Part shown: piece after piece, positions 37,913-47,029 of the stretch
Layout of the letters: each line of letters starts with the position of its first letter
Position numbering within the stretch: the first letter of the stretch is position 1
Assembly (NCBI GenBank): GCA_024639555.1
Contig: JAHEID010000001.1
Span: 1 to 47,029 of the forward strand
Direction of reading: 5' to 3'
DNA length: 47,029 bases
Origin: Deltaproteobacteria bacterium
GTDB lineage: Bacteria > Desulfobacterota > Desulfobulbia > Desulfobulbales > BM004
Notes under the pieces: model-generated
The model's input: the letters and a program-made list of their open reading frames with translations, nothing else
Database searches by the model: none
Told to the model about the DNA's origin: nothing
Program-made: the position numbers and the translations under genes

Positions 37913-38557
37913 ATGGGTCCGGAGAAACTATGGCCTGATTCTGAACCCGACACGTATACTCTGGAAAGATGCCTCCGCCGGAAGGGATACCGGTGGGTTG
38001 GTGGCCTTGATGAAGTAGGCCGTGGACCCCTGGCAGGACCGGTGGTTGCCGCCTGTGTTATTTTGGAGGTAAACTGCGATTATAGCAGTTTCGTTGACTC
38101 CAAGATCATCAACGCCGAGAAGCGTTCCCTCTTGTATGAAAAACTGCAGAATAATGGTGCAAAAATCGGTGTCGGTATCGTTTCAGAGACAGACATTGAC
38201 CGGGTCAATATTCTGCAGGCCTCCCTGCTGGCCATGAAAAAGGCTGTTCTCGCCATGCCTCTCCAGCCGGACTTTCTTCTTGTGGACGGCAACCAACCAA
38301 TACCAATGATTATTCCGCAGCAGACCCTGGTCAAGGGAGAGTCAAAAAGTGCCTCCGTTGCAGCGGCCTCCATTGTTGCCAAGGTTGTGCGGGATGAATT
38401 GATGGACCGGTATCATCTTCAGTATCCTGAATATAATTTTCAGCAGAATCGAGGATACCCAACCCGCGAACACCGGCAGGCAATAAAAATTCACGGCCCT
38501 TGCGCCATCCACCGGCAGAGCTTCAAATGCGTCAAGGAGTTCGTTGCAGAAACCTGA
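37913..38557 (+). CDS. rnhB: Ribonuclease HII
   Basis: GLDEVGRGPLAGPVVAA catalytic motif and DSKIINAEKR. Confidence 0.93.
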   Translation: MGPEKLWPDSEPDTYTLERCLRRKGYRWVGGLDEVGRGPLAGPVVAACVILEVNCDYSSFVDSKIINAEKRSLLYEKLQNNGAKIGVGIVSETDIDRVNILQASLLAMKKAVLAMPLQPDFLLVDGNQPIPMIIPQQTLVKGESKSASVAAASIVAKVVRDELMDRYHLQYPEYNFQQNRGYPTREHRQAIKIHGPCAIHRQSFKCVKEFVAET

Positions 38558-38689
38558 AGCGGCAAATATGCTGAATTCTGAAAAGGTCTCGTAGTCAGCA
38601 ACCTGCAACATAAAAAAATCACAAGTGCAAATACCCACCACCAGCGGAGTGATTTTATGAGGCCGACAAATACAATCTGCTGATATCAT

Positions 38690-39085
38690 ATGACTTTCCC
38701 AAGAAAAGAACTGGGAGCAAGAGGCGAGGAAATAGCGGTTCGCTATTTGAAGAACCGGGGATACCGGATACTTGAACGTAACTATCGCATCAAGCTTGGT
38801 GAAATCGATATTATCGCCGAACAGGGCGGGGATCTGGTTTTTATTGAAGTAAAGACCCGATCAGATAGCCTCTTCGGTTCCCCCTTTGATTCAGTGACAG
38901 TCCCTAAACAGATGCAGCTCTCAAAAGTTGCTCTTGAATATATAGGCAAACGCGGCTGGCATAACCGTCCAGCCCGCTTTGATGTTGTCGGTGTCCAGTT
39001 GAAGGCAGCGAATGCTGCACGATCCCTGGGTGCCAAAGTGGAATTAATGCAAAATGCATTTGATCTCTGTTATGGCATTGAGTGA
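38690..39085 (+). CDS. yraN: YraN-family (UPF0102) endonuclease-like protein
   Basis: GEEIAVRYLKNRGYRILERNYR...GEIDIIA...LVFIEVKTR pattern. Conserved neighbour of rnhB. Confidence 0.88.
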   Translation: MTFPRKELGARGEEIAVRYLKNRGYRILERNYRIKLGEIDIIAEQGGDLVFIEVKTRSDSLFGSPFDSVTVPKQMQLSKVALEYIGKRGWHNRPARFDVVGVQLKAANAARSLGAKVELMQNAFDLCYGIE

Positions 39086-39137
39086 ATATGAGGCATAAAG
39101 ATATATTGTTTTTTTCATTTGGAGGTTTGGCCGGCTG

Positions 39138-40187
39138 ATGCACAATGCAGACACCACGAATAATAATTCCCCCAACAGGCCGAATCTGGTCGCTATTACC
39201 ATGGGGTGCCCTGTTGGTATCGGACCGGAAATAATTCTGCGTTTTCTGACTAAGAAAAAATCAGTTGAACAGTATCTGCCGATTGTTGTTGGCGATATAG
39301 GAGTCCTGCAGCGCTGCGCAAAAGAGTTACAGATTAGCGTTGATATAAGTGCGTGGCAGCCTGGGGATCCGGTTCATGAGGAGAAAATTCAGGTCTTTGA
39401 GCCAAAGAGAAGTAAGCAGTATGAACTGCAGCCTGAAAGTTTGTCATGGGGCGTGCCGGGGAAGGAAACAGGGCATGCAGCAGCAGCCTACATCATGGAG
39501 GCTGTGCGTCTGATTACTCATGGAGAGCTGGATGCAATGGTGACGTGTCCGATTGCGAAATATGCCATCCACCTTGCAGGCTATAAGTTTCCCGGGCATA
39601 CTGAGATGCTGGCATCTTTATGTGATGTGCAAAATTTCGGCATGATGATGGCCGGAAACAGGTTAAAGGTCTCACTGGTCACCATACACACACCTTTATC
39701 CAAGGTTGCTGAACAATTGGATCAGGCAGACGTTAGGCGGATAATTAATCTTACCGGTGAAACACTCCTAAAAGATTTTGCTCTTGCCAAACCGCGTATT
39801 GCTGTTGCCGGTTTTAACCCCCATGCCGGGGAGTCAGGCCTTTTCGGCCATGAGGAGACAGAGATAATTGTACCGGCTGTTGCCGGCTCAGTTTCAGAAA
39901 AATGGGAGTTGGCAGGTCCCCTGCCGCCTGATACGGTCTTCAAGATGGCTTTTGACAATAAATTTGATGCGGTTGTAGCCATGTATCATGACCAGGGCCT
40001 TATCCCCTTTAAACTTGTGCACTTTGAGGACGGGGTCAATCTTACCATGGGGCTTCCCATTATCCGTACATCTGTGGATCACGGCACGGCCTATGATATC
40101 GCGGGGAAAGGGCTGGCAAGCGATTCCAGCCTGGAAGCTGCCTTTTTTTTGGCAACTCAGATCATTGGCAACAGGAAAAAGACATAA
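39138..40187 (+). CDS. pdxA: 4-hydroxythreonine-4-phosphate dehydrogenase PdxA family
   Basis: ITMGCPVGIGPEII, FPGHTE, GFNPHAGE and YHDQGLIPFK motifs. Confidence 0.9.
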   Translation: MHNADTTNNNSPNRPNLVAITMGCPVGIGPEIILRFLTKKKSVEQYLPIVVGDIGVLQRCAKELQISVDISAWQPGDPVHEEKIQVFEPKRSKQYELQPESLSWGVPGKETGHAAAAYIMEAVRLITHGELDAMVTCPIAKYAIHLAGYKFPGHTEMLASLCDVQNFGMMMAGNRLKVSLVTIHTPLSKVAEQLDQADVRRIINLTGETLLKDFALAKPRIAVAGFNPHAGESGLFGHEETEIIVPAVAGSVSEKWELAGPLPPDTVFKMAFDNKFDAVVAMYHDQGLIPFKLVHFEDGVNLTMGLPIIRTSVDHGTAYDIAGKGLASDSSLEAAFFLATQIIGNRKKT

Positions 40188-40345
40188 AAATGCCTGGATG
40201 CGCTGGTGGCAAAACATGCAATCAAGTTGATAAATGTATGGCTTGAACAAAAGCTCTTTGTTAATAATAAATAACGCCGGGGCAGAATGTAGCCCGGGTT
40301 TTATATTAGAGAATATATGAATAACTACCGGAATTATTTGAGACT

Positions 40346-41038
40346 ATGAAAACAGGGGATTCTCAGTCTAGCCAGTTGGATGAGCTGGAGTCTGCTCAGA
40401 AAGACCCCCAGCTTATACCTGATGGTCTGTTTATCGTTTTTGAGGGTATAGACGGGACAGGCAAATCAACCCAACTCCACTTGCTTGCTGAAAGGCTCAG
40501 GCAGCTTGGTTATGCTGTTGTCGCGACCCGTGAACCCACCAATGGCCCTTACGGGCAAAAAATCAGGGAGTTGTTTGTTGACCGTGGTGCTGTGTCCCAG
40601 GAAGAAGAACTGGAGCTTTTCATTGCGGACCGGGACCAGCATGTAAAGGAAATAATTGCACCTGCCCTGTCAGATGGTTGTGTTGTGATCTGTGACCGAT
40701 ACTATCTCTCAACGGTTGCGTACCAGGGTGCCAATGGCATGGACCAGGATCTCATATTGAAAAAAAATGAAGATTTTCCGGTTCCTGACCTGGCGATAAT
40801 TCTCGAGATAGAACCGGCCCATGGTATTCATCGCATCCGGAACCAGCGGCATGAACATCCCAATACTTTTGAGGAAGAAGCAAACCTGCAAAAAGTGGCA
40901 GGAATTTTTAGTGCCATGCAGCAGGACTATATTGAAAGGATAAACGGCTCAGATTCCATAGAAAATGTTCATCGTTTTGTGTTTGGGGCGGTTGCGAAAG
41001 TGCTGGCCCAAAAAGCAACACAACAGGTGGAAAGCTGA
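40346..41038 (+). CDS. tmk: Thymidylate kinase
   Basis: FIVFEGIDGTGKSTQ P-loop and DRY motif (CDRYYLST). It has an N-terminal extension of about 25 aa. Confidence 0.92.
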   Translation: MKTGDSQSSQLDELESAQKDPQLIPDGLFIVFEGIDGTGKSTQLHLLAERLRQLGYAVVATREPTNGPYGQKIRELFVDRGAVSQEEELELFIADRDQHVKEIIAPALSDGCVVICDRYYLSTVAYQGANGMDQDLILKKNEDFPVPDLAIILEIEPAHGIHRIRNQRHEHPNTFEEEANLQKVAGIFSAMQQDYIERINGSDSIENVHRFVFGAVAKVLAQKATQQVES

Positions 41039-41103
41039 GAAAAACGCACTCACAATTCTTTTGCCGGTTTTGATCTGAATAAAGATCAAGAGTTTAATTC
41101 GTT

Positions 41104-42939
41104 ATGCAGAGTAAAAGTCCCTTATACAAGGCAATGTGGCTTAACATGAAGCGCCTTATGCCTGTTCGGCATAAGGTTAGGGAATACAAGTATCTTTCCC
41201 TCTTCCATCCTGTAGGCCTGTTGAGTTTTGTTCTTCTTTTTGTATCCTGTGCGGTCCCATCACTGGAAACCCCATCCCTGGATAAAGTTCCCACCGGTTA
41301 CGACGACGCTGAGCAGGAAAAAGAGGCCGCGGTCAACGACGTGGCCTGCTCCTATTTTTATTATCTTTGGGGCAAGACTGCTGAGAACAACCAGAGTTTT
41401 GAGGAAGCTCTAGAGGCATATGAGAAGGCATTGTTATGTGATGAGGAAAGTGTACATATCAAACACAACCTGGCAATTCTCCTTATTAAGATGGATCGCA
41501 AGGAACAGGCGGCAAGAGAGCTTGAAAAGATTATCAGCAGGAATCCCCAGAATTTCGAGGATAGGATTTTGTTAGCCAAGGTCTATAGCAGTCTGGGGCG
41601 CAATGATGAGGCCGTTGCTATATATCAGGACCTGCTGGAAATAAAAGAAGATCATGACACATTGCTCATGCTCGGAACGCTCTATGCTCAAAATAGAGAG
41701 TATGACAAAGCCCAGAATATACTCAACCGACTGGTCAAACTCGAAGGCGATTCTTACATGGCCTATTATTACCTGGCAAGATTATACCGGGAACTGCAGT
41801 ATTACGATAAGGCGGCGGCCTCGTATGAAAAGGCGCTGGAACTGAACTGGTTTGAGAGGCTGGCCTATGAGGTGGCTGAATTTTATGAAGACCGTCAGGA
41901 GTACGATAAGGCTGTCGTGGTATACCGCAATATTGTTAATGAGGGTGAGTCAAGCGATATAGCCAAAACAAGGCTTGTCAATCTGTACCTGACCCTGGAG
42001 GAGAATGACAAAGCCCTGGAACTTCTGCGTGATTTAAGATCTGTCCTGCCGGAATCCCATAACGTTGACTTAACCATGAGCCGAATTCTCTTAAGCCAGG
42101 AAAAATATGACGAAGCTATAATGATCCTGGAGGATGTTTTACAGACCAATCCGGAGTTGACGACTATGCGCTACCTCATTGGTATGGCCTATTACCGGAA
42201 TAATGATAGTCAAAAGGCTGAAGAGCAGTTAAAACTCATCCCCACCGAGTCCACTCTTTACGAGGATAGTATTTTCCTGCAGGTCAGGATATTGAGCGAG
42301 AGTGATAATTACCCCGGTGCTATTGATCTCCTGCAAAAAGAGATTGGTGATGCTGCCACCAGGAAGTCCAGTTTTTATATTCTCCTCGCATCACTGTATA
42401 GGCAAAATGAAGAAATTGAGCAGGGCAGGGAGGTTTATGAGCAGGCCACCAGATTATACCCGGACGACATTGATCTTCTCTACAACTACGGCATATTTCT
42501 TGAGAAAATAGGGGAGCATGACAACGCCATGGCCAGGATGCAGGCCGTACTGGTACTTGATCCTGACAATGGTGCCGCGCTCAACTATATCGGTTACACC
42601 TGGGCGGACAATAATATTCACCTGGAAAAGGCCTTGGAATATATTAAAAAGGCAGTGGAACTTATGCCGGATGACGGGTTTATCAGAGATAGTCTTGGCT
42701 GGGTCTATTATAAGATCGGTGATGTAGAGCAGGCTATCATTGAACTTGAAAAAGCTTCCGAGATGGTGGGTGACGACCCGGTTATTAAAGAACATCTCGG
42801 AGATGTCTATATGCAGACGAAACAGTATGATAAGGCACTGGCTGCTTATGAAGAGGCCTACGAACTCTATGGGGAAGAGGAAAAGAAGGAAAGTGTCAAT
42901 GCCAAAATTCATTCCGTCAAATCCAGGAGCGCAAAGTGA
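41104..42939 (+). CDS. TPR-repeat lipoprotein
   Basis: Signal peptide with a lipobox-like LFVSC, then more than 10 TPR-like repeats through to the C-terminus. The start could instead be an internal Met (MKRLMPV). Confidence 0.85.
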   Translation: MQSKSPLYKAMWLNMKRLMPVRHKVREYKYLSLFHPVGLLSFVLLFVSCAVPSLETPSLDKVPTGYDDAEQEKEAAVNDVACSYFYYLWGKTAENNQSFEEALEAYEKALLCDEESVHIKHNLAILLIKMDRKEQAARELEKIISRNPQNFEDRILLAKVYSSLGRNDEAVAIYQDLLEIKEDHDTLLMLGTLYAQNREYDKAQNILNRLVKLEGDSYMAYYYLARLYRELQYYDKAAASYEKALELNWFERLAYEVAEFYEDRQEYDKAVVVYRNIVNEGESSDIAKTRLVNLYLTLEENDKALELLRDLRSVLPESHNVDLTMSRILLSQEKYDEAIMILEDVLQTNPELTTMRYLIGMAYYRNNDSQKAEEQLKLIPTESTLYEDSIFLQVRILSESDNYPGAIDLLQKEIGDAATRKSSFYILLASLYRQNEEIEQGREVYEQATRLYPDDIDLLYNYGIFLEKIGEHDNAMARMQAVLVLDPDNGAALNYIGYTWADNNIHLEKALEYIKKAVELMPDDGFIRDSLGWVYYKIGDVEQAIIELEKASEMVGDDPVIKEHLGDVYMQTKQYDKALAAYEEAYELYGEEEKKESVNAKIHSVKSRSAK

Positions 42940-43838
42940 GGAGATTTTTGCGTCACGGCCTCCAATATCTTTTGGTATTACTTTTTTTTTCCCTGGTTTT
43001 TATCCAGGGTTGTGCCAGATCAATTCTGCAAACCTATCCTGCCGGCGACCAAGAGATTGAAGCAGTATTGGAAGCGTTTACCCGCTACCATAAGATAAGC
43101 GAGGGAGTCTGCACTTGCTGCCTCGATGCTGAAGCCGATGCTGCTCTTTCTGTTTCAGGCTGGTTCAGTGACCATACGGGAAAGCTCTACGGCTATTTAC
43201 AGGCAATGAAGCCCGGTTATGTCAAGTTTGTCGCGCAAAACCCCCTGGGGCAACCCCTCTTTATATTCGTCACAGACGGAGAAATGTTCAAAAGCCTCAA
43301 TGTTTTTGAGGAGAAAGCCTATTTGGGTTCAGTGCATTCCAAAGCTTACAAGAAATTCGCCCCACCAGGTTTTGAGCCGCAGTTCTCCTATTACTGGCTG
43401 ACCGGGAGATTGCCGCCGGGAGATATAAGAATCCAGGCAGTGATGCGAGACAGGGAACAGGGAAAATTCTGGCTGCAGATAAGACATGCCGATGCAAACA
43501 CAGAGAGCATGGTCTTGTTTGATCCCGAGGAGTTGCTGATTCTGCGTCATGTATTAAGAGATGAGCGGGGTGAGCATCTCGTGGATATTCTCTATGCAGA
43601 CCACCAAGCGCTGCCCGGGAAAACGGGTACAAATGCAGGGAATGCTCCTGCCATTATTCCAACTCCTGATATAGTAAAAGCACCATGCGCAGTTCCGACA
43701 AAATTAACTGCTTCCGCCAACGGTGATACTGAGAAGATTGATGTAAAGCTTTATTCATTTTTAGACGATGCACGCTTTTCTGCAGAGGATTTCACTCTTA
43801 ATATTCCGGATAATTTTGAACAATTGTTCGTCAAATAA
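42936..43838 (+). CDS. Predicted lipoprotein (LolB/DUF4292-like; tentative)
   Basis: 300 aa with signal peptide and lipobox FIQGC. Its GTG start overlaps the TPR gene stop (GTGA at 42936-42939). The family assignment rests on weak recollection only. Confidence 0.7.
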   Translation: MRRFLRHGLQYLLVLLFFSLVFIQGCARSILQTYPAGDQEIEAVLEAFTRYHKISEGVCTCCLDAEADAALSVSGWFSDHTGKLYGYLQAMKPGYVKFVAQNPLGQPLFIFVTDGEMFKSLNVFEEKAYLGSVHSKAYKKFAPPGFEPQFSYYWLTGRLPPGDIRIQAVMRDREQGKFWLQIRHADANTESMVLFDPEELLILRHVLRDERGEHLVDILYADHQALPGKTGTNAGNAPAIIPTPDIVKAPCAVPTKLTASANGDTEKIDVKLYSFLDDARFSAEDFTLNIPDNFEQLFVK

Positions 43839-43852
43839 TTGTAATTTTATAT

Positions 43853-46459
43853 ATGAGTCCTGTGCCCGAGCGAATGCCTGAAAATATAGGCAAACTTCTT
43901 TCCCAAGTTAAAAAGCCGAGCCGGTATCTCGGCAATGAGTTCAACGCCTGTTATAAGAATTGGGAAAAAGCCGATCTCCGGGTTGCCCTGGTATTCCCTG
44001 ACCTTTATGAAATAGGCATGTCACACCATGGCCTGCAGATCCTTTATTCTGTCATAAATGCGCAGGAGGATTTGCTGGCCGACAGGGTGTACGGACCTGA
44101 CAAGGATCTAGAAGAACTGTTGTTGAGTCGGCAGGGGGCGATTTTTGCAGTGGAATCCCGTAGGCCACTGGCGGAATTTGACATGATCGGCATCACCCTG
44201 CCCTATGAACTCTGCTACACGAATATCCTGACAATTCTTGCCCTGGGCCATATTCCAATTCGCTCAACAGAGCGGCTTGATTCGCATCCATTTGTTATCG
44301 GCGGAGGATCCGGCAGTTTCAATCCTGAGCCTGTTGCAGATTTTTTTGATGCTGTTCTTCTGGGGGATGGGGAGAAGGCTGTTCTTGAAATTACAGCAGC
44401 TTTAAAAACTGCCAAGGAGAAAGAACTGGACCGGCAGAAGACCCTTGAGGAACTTGCTGAAATACCCGGTGTCTATGTGCCCTCGTTTTTTGCACCGCGT
44501 TATGACCGTCAAGGAAAACTGCTTGCAGTCGATTCCCTGAAAAAAGGCCATGAAAAAATTCAGCGGAGCATTCTTCCTGACCTTGAAACTTCCCAGATTC
44601 CCGAAAAACCGCTTGTCCCACTGGTCCGCATAGTACATGATCGCTTGGGTATCGAGGTGGCACGTGGGTGTACCCGCGGCTGCCGTTTCTGCCAGGCAGG
44701 CATTATATACAGGCCGGTGCGGGAACGTACGGCCGACAGGGTGGTGGAACTTGCTGAAAAAGGCATGGCGGCAGGCGGGTTCGAGGAACTTGCCCTGCTG
44801 TCCTTATCAACGGGTGATTATTCATGTCTTTCACCGGTCCTTGGCCGTTTGATGGACAGGTTCGTAAAGGAGTACGTGTCTGTTTCCATGCCGTCCATGC
44901 GTGTCGGCACTCTGACACCTGAAATCATGAACCAGATAAAACGGGTAAGAAAAACAGGGTTCACTCTGGCTCCTGAGGCAGGAACCGACAGGCTCCGCAA
45001 GGTTATCAACAAGGGTATAACAGAAGAAGACCTGCTGGCTACCTGCAGAGATGCCAATGTCCTGGGATGGAAACTGTTGAAGTTTTACTTCATGGTCGGT
45101 CTGCCCACGGAGACAGAAGAAGATATCCGGGCCATTGCTGATCTTGTGCGCAAAGCTGCCCGGACATCTATTGACAGGCAGCTGCGGATTAACGTCAGTG
45201 TGGCGACCTTTGTACCCAAGCCGCACACACCGTTTCAGTGGGAACCGCAGATCACAATCGATGAAGCCTTTGCCAGGATTAACCTGCTGCGAAAGAGTCT
45301 GCCGAAAGGAAACTACAAGCTGAAGTGGCAGGATCCGCGCCAGAGTTTTCTTGAAGGGGTGATGTCAAGGGGTGACCGATTATTATCAAGGGTTATTGAG
45401 GAGGCCTGGCAGCGTGGAGCACGTCTTGATGCCTGGTCTGAGCACTATGACCTAAGCATCTGGCAGGCTGCAGCCGAGGCCTGCAATGTAGATCTTTCAC
45501 AGTATTTGCGGCGACGTGATTTTGCAGAGGTTCTTCCCTGGCAGCATCTGGATACCGGAGTTGAGCAGGAATTTCTGCTGGCTGAACTGGAAAAATCGCT
45601 GACAGGTGAATATACACCGGATTGCCGCGTGCACGGCTGCCATAATTGTGGTGCCTGCGATTTTAAAGAAGTCCAACCTGTGGTCCGGTGTAAACAGAAA
45701 AACCAGAATGCCAGCAGGGAACAAGAAAGCATTGAAGCCGCCACTGATGCCCAGGAAGAGGAGATTGCCGCGCAGAGACCGGGCGAAGAGAAAAAAGCTG
45801 AACAGGAGAACCCCCATCATTGGTATCGATTGTTCTATGCCAAGCAGGGTGATATCAGATTATTAAGCCATCTAGAGGTAATTCAGGTTTTTTTCCAGGC
45901 TTTAAGGAGGGCAGAGGTAAAAATGCATTACACGCAAGGGTTCAACCCGGTACCAAAAGCCTCTTTCAGCCCCGCCCTGCCTGTTGGCACCGAAAGCCTG
46001 GCCGAATATCTGGATATCGACCTCATAGAAGCAATTACAGATGAAAATGAATTCATGCATACTATCAATGCACAGCTTCCTGAAGGCATAGCTGTTAAGA
46101 CTGTGGCTGATGTTCCTGACAAAAAAGGTACTGCTGCTGTGAAGAATCTTACTTGCTATCATATTAATTTTGACAGTGACCTTTCAGGAGAAGACAGGGA
46201 AAAACTTGGAAGTTTCATGAAATGTGAAAGTTTCACCATAAATAAGTTCAGGAAAGGTAAAAAACGTGTAATTGACGTCAGGGAACAGGTTGAGAGCCTG
46301 GTTGTATCGGGAAACAACAGCCTTGAGATGGTTTTGCTCAGTGAAGAGGGCAAGGCTGCAAGCAAGCCTGTTACAATACTCAAGGCAGTGTTGGATTTAA
46401 CCCAGGAGCAGGGCCTGGACATTGATATCCTTAAGGTTTGGAGTAAACCGGCTCCTTAA
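43853..46459 (+). CDS. Radical SAM protein (TIGR03960-like) fused to a DUF2344/TIGR03936-like domain
   Basis: 868 aa. The N-terminus has VALVFPDLYEIGMSHHGLQILY, CTRGCRFC, and an auxiliary cluster CRVHGCHNCGAC. An acidic/Gln-rich linker follows. The C-terminal domain begins WYRLFYAKQGDIRLLSHLEV, which is typical of the radical-SAM-linked protein family. Confidence 0.88.
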   Translation: MSPVPERMPENIGKLLSQVKKPSRYLGNEFNACYKNWEKADLRVALVFPDLYEIGMSHHGLQILYSVINAQEDLLADRVYGPDKDLEELLLSRQGAIFAVESRRPLAEFDMIGITLPYELCYTNILTILALGHIPIRSTERLDSHPFVIGGGSGSFNPEPVADFFDAVLLGDGEKAVLEITAALKTAKEKELDRQKTLEELAEIPGVYVPSFFAPRYDRQGKLLAVDSLKKGHEKIQRSILPDLETSQIPEKPLVPLVRIVHDRLGIEVARGCTRGCRFCQAGIIYRPVRERTADRVVELAEKGMAAGGFEELALLSLSTGDYSCLSPVLGRLMDRFVKEYVSVSMPSMRVGTLTPEIMNQIKRVRKTGFTLAPEAGTDRLRKVINKGITEEDLLATCRDANVLGWKLLKFYFMVGLPTETEEDIRAIADLVRKAARTSIDRQLRINVSVATFVPKPHTPFQWEPQITIDEAFARINLLRKSLPKGNYKLKWQDPRQSFLEGVMSRGDRLLSRVIEEAWQRGARLDAWSEHYDLSIWQAAAEACNVDLSQYLRRRDFAEVLPWQHLDTGVEQEFLLAELEKSLTGEYTPDCRVHGCHNCGACDFKEVQPVVRCKQKNQNASREQESIEAATDAQEEEIAAQRPGEEKKAEQENPHHWYRLFYAKQGDIRLLSHLEVIQVFFQALRRAEVKMHYTQGFNPVPKASFSPALPVGTESLAEYLDIDLIEAITDENEFMHTINAQLPEGIAVKTVADVPDKKGTAAVKNLTCYHINFDSDLSGEDREKLGSFMKCESFTINKFRKGKKRVIDVREQVESLVVSGNNSLEMVLLSEEGKAASKPVTILKAVLDLTQEQGLDIDILKVWSKPAP

Positions 46460-46712
46460 TGAGCAGATTCCAGGACAAAGGTTGAAGAACTACCTCCATT
46501 GGTTCAGGGCTATAGATTCTTGTTTATATTTTTTTTAACCTGGCACCCAGTACATAATGCCCAGCATCTTATTTTTCCGCTTATCCCCTTTCACCCTTTA
46601 CCACTCTTTTCACATTTAGGTTTGCGATTTGAAAAACTTTATAGTAATGCTGTATCAGCGTTTGCGGATGGTATATAGAGCTGAAAAAAGTTGCTAATGG
46701 AAAGGAGAAAGT

Positions 46713-47029
46713 ATGAGTCAAAAAAAGATTGTTCTGCGCGAAGATGAAATGCCCAAACAGTGGTATAACATCTGCCCTGATATCCCAAATGGAATGCAAC
46801 CGCCACTGGATCCGGGAACAAAAGAACCCATGGCGCCTGAGAAACTCGCCGCAATTTTCCCGATGGGACTTCTCGAACAGGAGATGAGCCCTAACCGCTG
46901 GATAGATATTCCGGACGAGGTAAGGGAGATATACTCCATCTGGCGTCCCTCACCTTTGATCAGGGCTACCAAACTCGAACAGGCCCTGGGTACCAAGGCC
47001 AAGATCTACTATAAGAATGAAGGGGTTTC
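46713..47029 (+). CDS. TrpB2-type tryptophan synthase beta-like PLP enzyme (5' part, runs off the right edge)
   Basis: Not in the ORF track because no stop lies within the window. My translation from ATG 46713 (SD aaggag upstream) is [25 protein letters not shown]...[40 protein letters not shown], which resembles the N-terminus of long TrpB2 proteins. Confidence 0.75.
   Translation, partial: MSQKKIVLREDEMPKQWYNICPDIPNGMQPPLDPGTKEPMAPEKLAAIFPMGLLEQEMSPNRWIDIPDEVREIYSIWRPSPLIRATKLEQALGTKAKIYYKNEGV

Noticed and set aside
1-47029. Search for CRISPR arrays, transposases, integrases, toxin-antitoxin pairs or defence islands
   Set aside because: No direct-repeat/spacer array was found. No ORF carries DDE, tyrosine-recombinase or serine-recombinase hallmarks. 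No tRNA gene that could serve as an integration site is present. Every ORF longer than 150 aa that is not a shadow ORF is assignable to a housekeeping or conserved-unknown family.

Overview
This window is almost entirely tightly packed housekeeping genes in two strand blocks. I saw no rRNA, tRNA, CRISPR array, transposase, integrase or recognisable defence gene. The minus-strand block (77-27908) starts with a radical SAM gene. It then carries a dcw (division/cell-wall) cluster read from mraZ (18776) down to ftsZ (2198): mraZ-rsmH-ftsL-ftsI(like)-murE::murF-mraY-murD-murG-murC-murB-ftsQ-ftsA-ftsZ. After that come an RNB-family exoribonuclease, ctpA, an ftsE-ftsX-envC-like operon and a CooC-type ATPase. 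era is the only plus-strand gene in that block. The plus-strand block (28366-47029) holds ileS-lspA, fabD, ffh, rpsP-KH-rimM-trmD, an extra SPOUT methyltransferase, rplS-rnhB, yraN, pdxA and tmk. It ends with a TPR lipoprotein, a second lipoprotein, a radical SAM::DUF2344 fusion and the start of a trpB2-like gene. Gene content and protein style suggest a Desulfobacterota (Desulfobulbales-like) chromosome, which is inference only. The most unusual signal is in the dcw cluster. The ftsI-position class B PBP appears to have lost all three transpeptidase signature motifs while keeping its pedestal domain and a C-terminal PASTA domain. ftsW and ddl are absent from their canonical slots, and murE and murF are fused. 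Secondary signals are two paralogous uncharacterised radical SAM genes (one after ftsZ, one fused to DUF2344 behind two lipoprotein genes), a fabD-upstream spacer built from short tandem repeats, tandem hairpin repeats after trmD, and a long structured ileS leader. All family calls come from reading the translations by eye. No searches were run.
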